Shown here piece after piece: positions 25,857 to 33,719 of a stretch of DNA of 33,719 nucleotides. Origin of the DNA: a virus (lineage: Duplodnaviria > Caudoviricetes); the IMG/VR virus record IMGVR_UViG_3300025018_000081, positions 1 through 33,719 of that record, one strand, 5' to 3'. The translations under genes were made by a program, and so were the position numbers. The number at the start of each line of letters is the position of its first letter. The stretch's first letter is position 1. The notes beneath the pieces are model-generated. The model was not told the DNA's origin and ran no database searches. It saw only the letters and a list, made by a program, of their open reading frames with translations.

Positions 25857-27552
25857 TGCAGAAATTAAACTACAGGTTAAGATTGACGATAGTAAAGCAA
25901 CAAGTACGGTTGGATCTTTGAACACAAAAACATCAAAATTACAAAGTGGATTTAAGAGTGCTGGAGCAATGCTTGGTAAAGCAGTTTTAGCAGGAGCTGT
26001 GGCGGCTGGGGCTGCAATTACGGGACTTATAACAGCGGGAGTAAAATATAACGCAGAGATAGAACAATTGACTACCTCTTTTGAAGTTATGACGGGCAGT
26101 GCCGAGAAAGCTGTTGAATTAACCGAAAGATTAAGAAAAGCTGGAGCAGAAACCCCATATGAACTACAAGGTCTGGCAAAAACAACACAAACATTAATGC
26201 AGTATGGTTTAACAGCCGACGAGGCTTATGATGCAACATTAAATTTCGGAGATATAGCTCAAGGATCTGCAGATAAAATGCAATCAATAGCACTTGCTTA
26301 TGGACAAATGTCATCTGCTGGAAAAGTAAATATGCAAGATATCAAACAAATGATAAACGCAGGATTTAATCCGTTACAAGCAATTGTTGAAATGACTGGA
26401 AAATCAATGAAACAAGTAACGGCAGAATATGAAGATGGAAAAATAAGTGTTGAAGATATTACTAAAGCAATGAAATTTGCATCAAGTCAAGGCGGAAAGT
26501 TCTATAAATCAATGGAAAAACAATCAAAAACACTTAATGGACAGATAAGTACTTTGAAAGATAATTTTAACGCTTTTGCTGGCGCTTTGGCAGGTGATGT
26601 TACGGGAGCAATTACAAAAACATTCTTACCAGCATTAAATGACATAATGGGCGAAGCAACAAACATTTTGGGCGAAGGTGGTATAATGGCTTTAGTTAAA
26701 GAGTTACCAAGACTATTAAAGCCGATTATTAAAACGCTTATCACAAGTGTTTTGAGTATGCTTACAACTGGATTTAAGATTTTAGTTGGGTTGTTACCAT
26801 CAATCGGGCAATCTTTATTAGATGGGTTGCCAATGTTACTAACTACAATTATTGGTATGTTACCTCAATTACTTCAAACGGTATTAACACTAACTTTAAT
26901 GATAATTCAATCTTTGGCAGGAATGTTGCCAGAATTGATACCACAAATAATAGATGCGATATTAGCCATGATTCCTATTTTACTTGATAATTTACCGCTA
27001 TTTATTGAGGCTGGTTTACAGCTTTTAATAGGTTTAACAATTGGTATTTTAAAAGCAATACCAGTATTAATATCTTATATACCAAAGATAATTAAATCTC
27101 TCGTGAAAGCCTTTGAAGGACAATTTAGTGCGATGTGGGAAGTTGGTAAACAACTTGTTGCGGGACTATGGGCTGGTATAAGCAATTCTTATACTTGGAT
27201 TAAATCTAAAATAACGGGATGGGTTGGAAATGTTATTAGTTTTATTAAAAAACTATTCGGAATCAAGTCGCCATCAAAGGAATTTGCTATAATGGGCAAA
27301 TACAATGTACAGGGTATGATTGTTGGTATGGATGATATGAAATCTAAATTAAACAAACAAATGGAAAGCACATTTGGAGAAAGTTTAGAATATGCTAGCA
27401 ATATTACTCCAATAACACCTAATTATAGTATGCCAAATGGCGAACAAGTTACGAATAACTTTGAAATAGGCAACCTAAATGTTAGAAACGAAAGCGATAT
27501 TAACTTAATAGCAGAACAACTATATTACTTACAAAAGAAGGCGGTGGTATAA
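25849..27552 (+). CDS. Tape measure protein (567 aa)
   Basis: Helical Ala/Gly/Leu-rich repeats, tape-measure domain (AETPYEL..L...LAYGQM...GK....DI.Q), C-terminal GIKSPS. Confidence 0.92.
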   Translation: MNDAEIKLQVKIDDSKATSTVGSLNTKTSKLQSGFKSAGAMLGKAVLAGAVAAGAAITGLITAGVKYNAEIEQLTTSFEVMTGSAEKAVELTERLRKAGAETPYELQGLAKTTQTLMQYGLTADEAYDATLNFGDIAQGSADKMQSIALAYGQMSSAGKVNMQDIKQMINAGFNPLQAIVEMTGKSMKQVTAEYEDGKISVEDITKAMKFASSQGGKFYKSMEKQSKTLNGQISTLKDNFNAFAGALAGDVTGAITKTFLPALNDIMGEATNILGEGGIMALVKELPRLLKPIIKTLITSVLSMLTTGFKILVGLLPSIGQSLLDGLPMLLTTIIGMLPQLLQTVLTLTLMIIQSLAGMLPELIPQIIDAILAMIPILLDNLPLFIEAGLQLLIGLTIGILKAIPVLISYIPKIIKSLVKAFEGQFSAMWEVGKQLVAGLWAGISNSYTWIKSKITGWVGNVISFIKKLFGIKSPSKEFAIMGKYNVQGMIVGMDDMKSKLNKQMESTFGESLEYASNITPITPNYSMPNGEQVTNNFEIGNLNVRNESDINLIAEQLYYLQKKAVV

Positions 27553-28242
27553 ATGGCACAAACATTCACATTTAATGGAACGGCAAGTACCACATACGAT
27601 GTTATAATTAAAAAATTACCACCAATAGTAATGCCCGAAAGAGATATTGAAAGCATATCTATTGATGGAAGAAACGGCAATTTGCATATAGATTATGAGA
27701 CATATAATTCTTATAATACAACAATGGAAATTATAATAAATGATTTAACAGAATTGGACACAATAAAGGCTTGGCTTACAGGAATTGGTACAATAATATT
27801 TGGCGATAGACCAACAATTCAATACACTTGCGTTATTAAAAATCAATTATCTTATGATATGTATGCTTATAATTCTAAGGTTGTTCCTATACAAATGGAA
27901 TTAAGTCCTTTGGGACTATCCACTACAGAAACAACTGTTACAAAAACAACAAGTCCCGCATCCTTTACGGTTGGTGGTACATATGCGACAAAACCAAGTC
28001 TTGAGATTATAGGAACTGGAGCCGTTTCAATTACATTAAACGACACAACATTTACTTTATCAGATTGTGACGCAACAGCCTATATAGTTGACTGTGATTT
28101 ACAAAATGTCACAAAAAGCGATATTAATGTAAATAGCGAGTTTTATGGCAATTTCCCAGAACTAATAGTAGGCACTAATAATTTACAATGGACAGGAACA
28201 GTTACATCGGTAAAGGTTGTTTATAGGGCGGCTTATTTATGA
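27553..28242 (+). CDS. Distal tail protein (Dit)
   Basis: FTFNG..S..Y...P.RD.E.ISIDGRNG.L...FP.L..G.N.L.WTG; follows TMP. Confidence 0.85.
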   Translation: MAQTFTFNGTASTTYDVIIKKLPPIVMPERDIESISIDGRNGNLHIDYETYNSYNTTMEIIINDLTELDTIKAWLTGIGTIIFGDRPTIQYTCVIKNQLSYDMYAYNSKVVPIQMELSPLGLSTTETTVTKTTSPASFTVGGTYATKPSLEIIGTGAVSITLNDTTFTLSDCDATAYIVDCDLQNVTKSDINVNSEFYGNFPELIVGTNNLQWTGTVTSVKVVYRAAYL

Positions 28243-29333
28243 TAACCATATATGATAAGTTTTGTGGTGTTTTATATCCAGCTACTGATTTATATCCAAG
28301 CACGACTTTATATCCACAAGATGAACTTGTATTAAATGACGACTGGTTTACAAATAATGGTTATGGTGTTTTGCAAGATTTTGTTTCAAATCCAATAATA
28401 ACAGAAGTCTTAAATGGAGACTATACACTAGAGTTTGAATATGCTTTAGAAGGTTGGTTAAGTGAATATATTATAATAGACAACTTAATTAAGGCTTCCA
28501 ATAATGGAACAGACCAAATATTTAGAATATACTATGTTGATAAAAGTTTGAACAGAATTAAAGTTTTGGCTAGACACATTGTTTTTGATTTAAATGATAA
28601 TTTATTGGTAGACGTTAGACCAACTGATTTAAATGGTGAGGACGCTTTAAACTGGTGTTTAGATAGAACAGCTTTTATTCATGGGTTTACAGCAGAAAGC
28701 GATATAGCAGATGAGTTGTCAGCTTACTATATTAGATTAAACTTTAACGATGTATTTTTTAATGCCGACAATTCATTTATAAATACATGGGGCGGTAATT
28801 TTGAATTTGACAACTTTGTGATTAAACTGCATGAAGAAAGAGGATCTGATAACGGGGTTACAATAAGATATGGCAAAAACATATTGGGTATAAATTTTAC
28901 TGCTGATATAACAAATGTTGTAACAAGAATATTGCCAGTTGGAAATAACGAATTATTATTGCCCGAATTATATGTAGATTCAGCTATTACAGAATATTTT
29001 CACTCACCAATTATAAGGGTTTTGCAAACAAATATAGGAGTTGACGATACCACAACAGAAGAACAAGCGTACGCCCTAATGAGATTAGAAGCTGGTAAAG
29101 AATTTATAAGATTACAATCTATTTTTTCTTCAGCTAAGATTGACTTTGTTGAACTATCTAAAGTGAAAGAATATGAACAATATTCAGATTTAGAAACCTT
29201 GGCTCTGGGAGATACGGTTACAATATGGGTATCGCAACTAGAATTTGATTATACAATGCGAGTAGTGAGGACTGATTATGATTGTTTAAAAGAAAGATTT
29301 ATTAAAATAGAATTGAGCGGTGAAGATGTATAA
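28239..29333 (+). CDS. Tail-associated protein (Tal / prophage tail endopeptidase-like hub)
   Basis: E.LNGDYTLEFEY, QIFRI, RG.DNGV.IRYGKN, VVTRILP.G, LGDTV.I. Confidence 0.85.
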   Translation: MITIYDKFCGVLYPATDLYPSTTLYPQDELVLNDDWFTNNGYGVLQDFVSNPIITEVLNGDYTLEFEYALEGWLSEYIIIDNLIKASNNGTDQIFRIYYVDKSLNRIKVLARHIVFDLNDNLLVDVRPTDLNGEDALNWCLDRTAFIHGFTAESDIADELSAYYIRLNFNDVFFNADNSFINTWGGNFEFDNFVIKLHEERGSDNGVTIRYGKNILGINFTADITNVVTRILPVGNNELLLPELYVDSAITEYFHSPIIRVLQTNIGVDDTTTEEQAYALMRLEAGKEFIRLQSIFSSAKIDFVELSKVKEYEQYSDLETLALGDTVTIWVSQLEFDYTMRVVRTDYDCLKERFIKIELSGEDV

Positions 29334-30180
29334 AAATTATGTAAACAGCGATTTAGACGATAAAAAGAGAATAGACAATGAACTAAGTAAAAGAGTTATG
29401 TTTGATGATTTAGAAGCAAAAACATTTAGGTTTGATAAAGCTAGAGGTGGAGATCTAACTTTAGGCGGTGCTAGTAATGGTAACGGACACTTTTATTTAA
29501 AAGATGCCGATACAAACACTATAATAGAAATGACTTATGAAGGAATAACATTGAGTAATGGAGCAAAATTAATGGGTGGAGATGGAGTTTTAGCTCCCTT
29601 TCAATACCCCGGGTACAATGCGAACTGGTACTCAAATGGTGATATTACAACAGTTGGTGGTTTTTGGTTTCTTGGTTATAACACTGATAGTCTTTCAGAA
29701 AACTGGGCGAACTTTATAGAATTTAATGTTTATATACCAACTGGCTTTGTAATAAGCGAGGCAAAAATAAGCTTGTACCACACACCAGTTTATTGGGACA
29801 ATGGCGGTGACTATGCTTTGTGGGGTTATTGCCAGAGCATCGAGGCATATACTGTTACTAATTATGACACAATAGCAATTGAGGCTGCTTATGGTAGCGA
29901 ATACACTTACGATACGGCATATTCATTTACTAAAATAGATGGTGCTTTTGGTACAAGTGGGTTTACAGCTTCAATTCCAACAACTCCATCACATAGTGGC
30001 GAAACAGCAACTTCAAACGATATATCTAGTTCATTAAGTGTTGGTTATAATAAAATCGCCATCAAATCAAGTGTAACAACACCGGCTTATAATGCTAGTG
30101 TAAAGACAAATGGGGAAAATTTAGGTGGTAAAACAGGTTATGTATACGCGGTTTTAAATGTAACTGGGTATCAAAGTTAG
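29320..30180 (+). CDS. Minor tail / baseplate protein
   Basis: GGDLTLGGASNGNG.F..KDA motif common in phage tail-tip proteins; Gly/Ser/Thr/aromatic-rich. Confidence 0.7.
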   Translation: MKMYKNYVNSDLDDKKRIDNELSKRVMFDDLEAKTFRFDKARGGDLTLGGASNGNGHFYLKDADTNTIIEMTYEGITLSNGAKLMGGDGVLAPFQYPGYNANWYSNGDITTVGGFWFLGYNTDSLSENWANFIEFNVYIPTGFVISEAKISLYHTPVYWDNGGDYALWGYCQSIEAYTVTNYDTIAIEAAYGSEYTYDTAYSFTKIDGAFGTSGFTASIPTTPSHSGETATSNDISSSLSVGYNKIAIKSSVTTPAYNASVKTNGENLGGKTGYVYAVLNVTGYQS

Positions 30181-30195
30181 AAAGGAATGATATAA

Positions 30196-30924
30196 ATGGC
30201 TTATACAAAAACAACGTGGGCTAATGGAATAGCTCCAGCAATCAATGCAACTAACCTAAACAATATAGAAACAGGTATATTTAATAATGATGCGGCAATA
30301 ACAAATTTAGATAATGTAACAAAGTATATCACAGCAACAGCAGGTTCAAATGGCGACTTTAAAATAAACATATCAAATATATTAGCAACAAATATGATAC
30401 TTTATGTGAATTTTCCTGCAGCAACAACTAACACGGCAAATGCAAGAATAAGTATAGATGATGGAACTACATATAAGAACATTAAGTTTTTTGACTCAAC
30501 GCAAACGATAGCGTCTGAAGTTGAAAGCAAAAAGAAAACACTATACTATGATGGAACTGATTTTATATTAACAGATTATGAATATTCAAGAACAAATGCA
30601 AACGGAAGGTTTATTAAATATAAAGATGGTAGACTAACAAATATAAAAGTTGTTTCTACTTCCGTTACAGTTAGCAGCGCAGATGGAAATATATATAAAT
30701 CTGGTACAATTGATTTAGGTAGTTTAGCAGCCCCATTTACATCTATAAATTCTTCTGCATTTGAAATAGTTGCTTCGGGGACTGGATTTGTGTGGTGCGG
30801 GTATTATTATCAATATCCTGTAACAACAACATCTTGGGGAAGAAGAATTATAGTTAGCGGAGCGTCAATAGGAAGTGCAACATCATTCTCTATTAGTTGT
30901 TTTGCAACAGGCATGTGGAATTAA
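30196..30924 (+). CDS. Tail fibre / receptor-binding protein
   Basis: N-terminal AYTKTTWAN..PAINATNLNNIETGI; C-terminal NANGRFIKYKDG...ATGMW fibre domain. Confidence 0.78.
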   Translation: MAYTKTTWANGIAPAINATNLNNIETGIFNNDAAITNLDNVTKYITATAGSNGDFKINISNILATNMILYVNFPAATTNTANARISIDDGTTYKNIKFFDSTQTIASEVESKKKTLYYDGTDFILTDYEYSRTNANGRFIKYKDGRLTNIKVVSTSVTVSSADGNIYKSGTIDLGSLAAPFTSINSSAFEIVASGTGFVWCGYYYQYPVTTTSWGRRIIVSGASIGSATSFSISCFATGMWN

Positions 30925-30954
30925 GATATAACAACAAGAAAGGAACAAATAAAT

Positions 30955-31221
30955 ATGGATGGAACGACAGGAATTGTTTTAGCAGTTGTTTTTGGTCTTG
31001 TAACTTTAGTTTTGGGGATTCTAAATTACATAAACAAGAAAAATGAATGCGACAATGAGAAAGTTATAAAACAAACGGAGTTTGAGATTAAATTAGCAAA
31101 TATTGAAAAAGAACTGATAGAAATTAAATCTCTGTTAGTTACTTCCAACGAAAAATATGGGCTACTTGAAAAAAGAGTATTCATATTGGAACAAAAAAAA
31201 ACTAAAAATAAAGGAGTATAA
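30955..31221 (+). CDS. Lysis-cassette membrane protein (1 TM + coiled coil)
   Basis: N-terminal TM helix, LEKRV..LE coiled coil; precedes the holin. Confidence 0.65.
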   Translation: MDGTTGIVLAVVFGLVTLVLGILNYINKKNECDNEKVIKQTEFEIKLANIEKELIEIKSLLVTSNEKYGLLEKRVFILEQKKTKNKGV

Positions 31222-31223
31222 TT

Positions 31224-31436
31224 ATGAAATGGAAAGATATATTAAATAGAGCATTAAAAACCTTTATACAAGGATTTGTTGGCTCTTTAGTGGTAATGCT
31301 ACCAGCAACTGATTTTACTGACTTAACAACAATTAAGACAACTTTAATAAGTATTGTCATCGGTGCTTCTGCTAGTGGTTTATCAGCGGTAATGAATATT
31401 GTTATAAACTGTTTTAAAAAAGATGTAGAGGGTTAA
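31224..31436 (+). CDS. Holin (r1t-like)
   Basis: RALKTFIQ motif, two hydrophobic segments, directly before the endolysin. Confidence 0.8.
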   Translation: MKWKDILNRALKTFIQGFVGSLVVMLPATDFTDLTTIKTTLISIVIGASASGLSAVMNIVINCFKKDVEG

Positions 31437-31438
31437 TT

Positions 31439-32068
31439 ATGAAACTAATTTTTCCAGTAAACGAAATAGCAATAACTCAAGGTTATCATAGTGGCTATTC
31501 ACTAGATTTTGGCACAATATCAGGACACGAAAAATATCAGCCTATATTATCTTGTGGCGACGGAATGGTTTATACTATACAACATCAACCAAAGGGTGGT
31601 AATGTATTATTTATATTACACCCTAATGGCTGGGTATCTTGCTATGCTCATTGTAAGAGTATATCAGTTAAAAAAGGCGAAGCAGTTACTTGTGGTCAAG
31701 AAGTCGCTATTAAAGGCAAGAGTGGTCTAGCAAGTGCAGTACATTTACATTTTAGTATATTTAAAAATAAGAAGTATATTAACAGTAAAATGAAGTCTAA
31801 AACGATACCAATATTAGACTACTTATTTATGGTAGAAGGACAAACAACATCAAAGACAACTGGTAGAAAGTATGACTTGCTTAAATATGGCGAAACAAGG
31901 ACTTGCACAGCGTCGGTATTGAGAATAAGAATACAACCCAGTTTAACAGCAAAACAGATATCACATATTAAAAAAGGTGATAAAGTTAAAATCTATGAAT
32001 ATGAAAATGGATTTTATAGAACTTCTAAAGATAGCAATTTATGGGCTTATGCTCAATATCTAAAATAA
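31439..32068 (+). CDS. Endolysin: M23 peptidase + SH3b cell-wall-binding domain
   Basis: HxxxxD (HSGYSLDFG), YAH, HLHF; C-terminal LRIR..PS.....I..IKKGDKV.I...NGFY..W....YL. Confidence 0.88.
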   Translation: MKLIFPVNEIAITQGYHSGYSLDFGTISGHEKYQPILSCGDGMVYTIQHQPKGGNVLFILHPNGWVSCYAHCKSISVKKGEAVTCGQEVAIKGKSGLASAVHLHFSIFKNKKYINSKMKSKTIPILDYLFMVEGQTTSKTTGRKYDLLKYGETRTCTASVLRIRIQPSLTAKQISHIKKGDKVKIYEYENGFYRTSKDSNLWAYAQYLK

Positions 32069-32099
32069 AAAAGTCGGGCGTTTGCTCGACTCTTTTTTT
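32066..32099. terminator. Bidirectional intrinsic terminator
   Basis: AGTCGGGC-GTTT-GCTCGACT stem with a T7 run on the right and an A run on the left, between convergent genes. Confidence 0.85.
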
Positions 32100-32104
32100 G
32101 TGTC

Positions 32105-32521
32105 TTAATATAAGTTGGCTATAATGTATTTTGCGATAATATTATAATAATGATAGTCGGTGGTTGACGCTTTTGTATAAAAGTATCTTTCTCTAGTTTG
32201 AATATTGCTTATCTTGTTGTTTATTGATTTAAGATCGGATTTAAACTCATCTTGATTATCTTTCAATGTTGCATCTGCTTTTTTAAGTTCTGATATATCT
32301 TTTTTAAGCTCGATATTTTCCGCTTTTAATTCAACTATAATAGCATTTAGATCGTCCATCTTTGTTTGAATATCTTCTTTTGCTTTATTTAAAGTTGCCA
32401 TTGTTACAACATCATCGGCTTGAACTTCTTTGCTGTCAAATATCATTATTACCATTATTATACTAGCCACAATAGCCAATATAACAGTTGCTATTACTTT
32501 AATTATCTCTATTTTTTTCAA
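32105..32521 (-). CDS. Membrane-anchored coiled-coil protein (moron-like, 138 aa)
   Basis: GAAAGGAAGG SD before TTG at 32521; basic N-terminus, TM helix, long heptad coiled coil. Confidence 0.75.
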   Translation of the reverse strand: MKKIEIIKVIATVILAIVASIIMVIMIFDSKEVQADDVVTMATLNKAKEDIQTKMDDLNAIIVELKAENIELKKDISELKKADATLKDNQDEFKSDLKSINNKISNIQTRERYFYTKASTTDYHYYNIIAKYIIANLY

Positions 32522-32542
32522 TTTACCCTTCCTTTCGCAAAC

Positions 32543-32571
32543 ATAATACCACCATTTGGAATAAAAGTCAA
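32543..32571 (-). promoter_or_regulatory. Sigma-A promoter of the reverse-strand gene
   Basis: On the - strand: TTGACT, 17-bp spacer, TGgTATTAT. Confidence 0.75.
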
Positions 32572-32689
32572 ACCGGGTAGTGACACCACCCAATTAAAAC
32601 CAACCTATTCTAAAATGGAATAAGTTGCATAATATGAAACTTGTTTTGATACATCAAAAGAACTTCTTGTGTAAAGTGTTAAAAAGGTA

Positions 32690-32718
32690 TTGACAATGGT
32701 AAATACTTATGATAATAT
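32690..32718 (+). promoter_or_regulatory. Early sigma-A promoter with an overlapping palindrome
   Basis: TTGACA (32690-95), 17 bp, TGaTAATAT; imperfect inverted repeat GTATTGAC-AATG-GTAAATAC over the -35. Confidence 0.75.
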
Positions 32719-32741
32719 GAGAGCATAGAAAGAGGTATATT

Positions 32742-32879
32742 ATGAAAAAGAAAACATTGATTTTGTGGATTATAGCGATAGTTGTGTTCGTTGCTTTAAT
32801 GATAATCGGATCAATCAAAAGTTGGAACGATTGCACAAAGAACAATACAGAAACATATTGTAGAGAAATAAGTAGATAA
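32742..32879 (+). CDS. Small single-TM protein (45 aa) with a Cys pair
   Basis: AGAGG SD; MKKKTLILWIIAIVVFVALMIIGS...C...C. Confidence 0.65.
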   Translation: MKKKTLILWIIAIVVFVALMIIGSIKSWNDCTKNNTETYCREISR

Positions 32880-32888
32880 GGAGATAAT

Positions 32889-33056
32889 ATGAAAGCAAAA
32901 ACAATTAAACTAGACGACTTGCTAAATAAAGAATTGAAAAAAGTAGCAAGGGAAATGAAATTAAATGATAGTGCATTTATAAGAAAAGCAATAATGGAAT
33001 TGATTAGTAGATATGAAATGAAAAAGGAGATAGAGAAAAATGGAAGAAATAGATAA
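32889..33056 (+). CDS. Ribbon-helix-helix (CopG/Arc-like) regulator (55 aa)
   Basis: AAGGGAG SD; KTIKLDDLLNKELKKVAREMKLNDSAFIRKAIME pattern. Confidence 0.75.
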   Translation: MKAKTIKLDDLLNKELKKVAREMKLNDSAFIRKAIMELISRYEMKKEIEKNGRNR

Positions 33057-33249
33057 AATCAAATTAAGTGTTTTAAGATACCTAGACGGACAAGACAGCA
33101 AAGAAGAACTAATGAGTATATGTGGGATTGTAAAATGCCCAGAATGTGGTCAATTAGTGTTTGAAGATGATTTAGTATCAACTGAACAAACAACTGGAAT
33201 TGGTATGATATGTGAAAGTTGTGTTGATGATGGAAAGGCAGAACTATGA
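33040..33249 (+). CDS. Small zinc-finger protein
   Basis: CPECG...CESC; AAGGAG SD. Confidence 0.65.
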   Translation: MEEIDKIKLSVLRYLDGQDSKEELMSICGIVKCPECGQLVFEDDLVSTEQTTGIGMICESCVDDGKAEL

Positions 33250-33347
33250 TGTCTAAAAAAGCAATAACATCATATATGAAGACTAAATATAAAATAGACA
33301 AAGAAGATATGAAAAGATTAAATAAAATATTAGAAAGTGGGAAATAA
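33246..33347 (+). CDS. Small hypothetical protein (33 aa)
   Basis: ATGA overlap; fills the gap before the pentapeptide gene. Confidence 0.4.
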   Translation: MMSKKAITSYMKTKYKIDKEDMKRLNKILESGK

Positions 33348-33348
33348 A

Positions 33349-33719
33349 ATGAAAAAAAGTGAATTAAATAAAATATTAAAGGAACATAAAATGTGGTTAG
33401 AAGGAAACTTAAAAGGCGTTCGTGCTAATTTAAGTGGTGCTGATTTAAGTAATGCTAATTTAAGTGGTGCTGATTTAAGTTATGCTAATTTAAGTTATGC
33501 TAATTTAAGTAATGCTAATTTAAGTGGTGCTGATTTAAGTTATGCTGATTTAAGTAATGCTAATTTAAGTAATGCTAATTTAAGCTATGCTAATTTAAGT
33601 TATGCTAATTTAAGTTATGCTAATTTAAGTTATGCTGATTTAAGAGGTGCTGATTTAAGTAATGCTAATTTAAGTGGTGCTAATTTAAGTTATGCTAATT
33701 TAAGTTATGCTGATTTAAG
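33349..33719 (+). CDS. 5' part of the pentapeptide-repeat protein (continues after base 105 to 544)
   Basis: [35 protein letters not shown]...; open to the window end. Confidence 0.88.
   Translation, partial: MKKSELNKILKEHKMWLEGNLKGVRANLSGADLSNANLSGADLSYANLSYANLSNANLSGADLSYADLSNANLSNANLSYANLSYANLSYANLSYADLRGADLSNANLSGANLSYANLSYADL
33424..33719 (+). repeat. 15-bp tandem repeat array (right part; 33615-33719 duplicates 1-105)
   Basis: Twenty 15-bp units visible. Confidence 0.95.

Noticed and set aside
29320-30924. Diversity-generating retroelement or invertible tail-fibre cassette
   Set aside because: No reverse transcriptase, invertase or duplicated template region was seen
33615-33719. Biological terminal repeat of the packaged genome
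   Set aside because: It lies mid-gene within a tandem repeat and is more simply explained as an assembler overlap

Overview
The window is an apparently complete, circularly assembled, AT-rich siphovirus-type phage genome. Bases 1-105 are identical to 33615-33719, giving a unit length of about 33,614 bp. SigA-type promoters, an A118/SPP1-like head-tail module and an M23+SH3 endolysin suggest a Gram-positive (Bacillota-like) host. Nearly all genes are on the + strand, in this order: (i) early genes (RHH regulator, pentapeptide-repeat protein spanning the junction, macrodomain); (ii) replication/recombination (HTH, initiator with internal iterons, SSAP, SSB); (iii) a PAPS-reductase-like/ParB (IbrA/IbrB-like) module, an HNH-like protein, an atypical tRNA-like element and a dATP/dGTP diphosphohydrolase-like gene; (iv) an ArpU/RinA-type late activator and its promoter; (v) a late operon that carries a sugar-modification cassette (NDP-sugar dehydratase, pyruvyltransferase-family protein, FrhB-like Fe-S protein, three-domain glycosyltransferase) ahead of terminase, portal, head, tail and lysis genes; (vi) one reverse-strand membrane-protein moron. 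I found no integrase or CI repressor. The most notable candidate system is virion glycosylation, possibly with pyruvylated deoxy-sugar: the cassette appears to be late-expressed, and the major capsid and tail-tube proteins both end in Ser-Ile-COOH. Other observations include a -1 frameshift in the tail chaperone, an in-frame amber codon in a head-module gene, and a pseudoknot upstream of the scaffold gene. All protein calls come from motif recognition by eye; no database searches were run.
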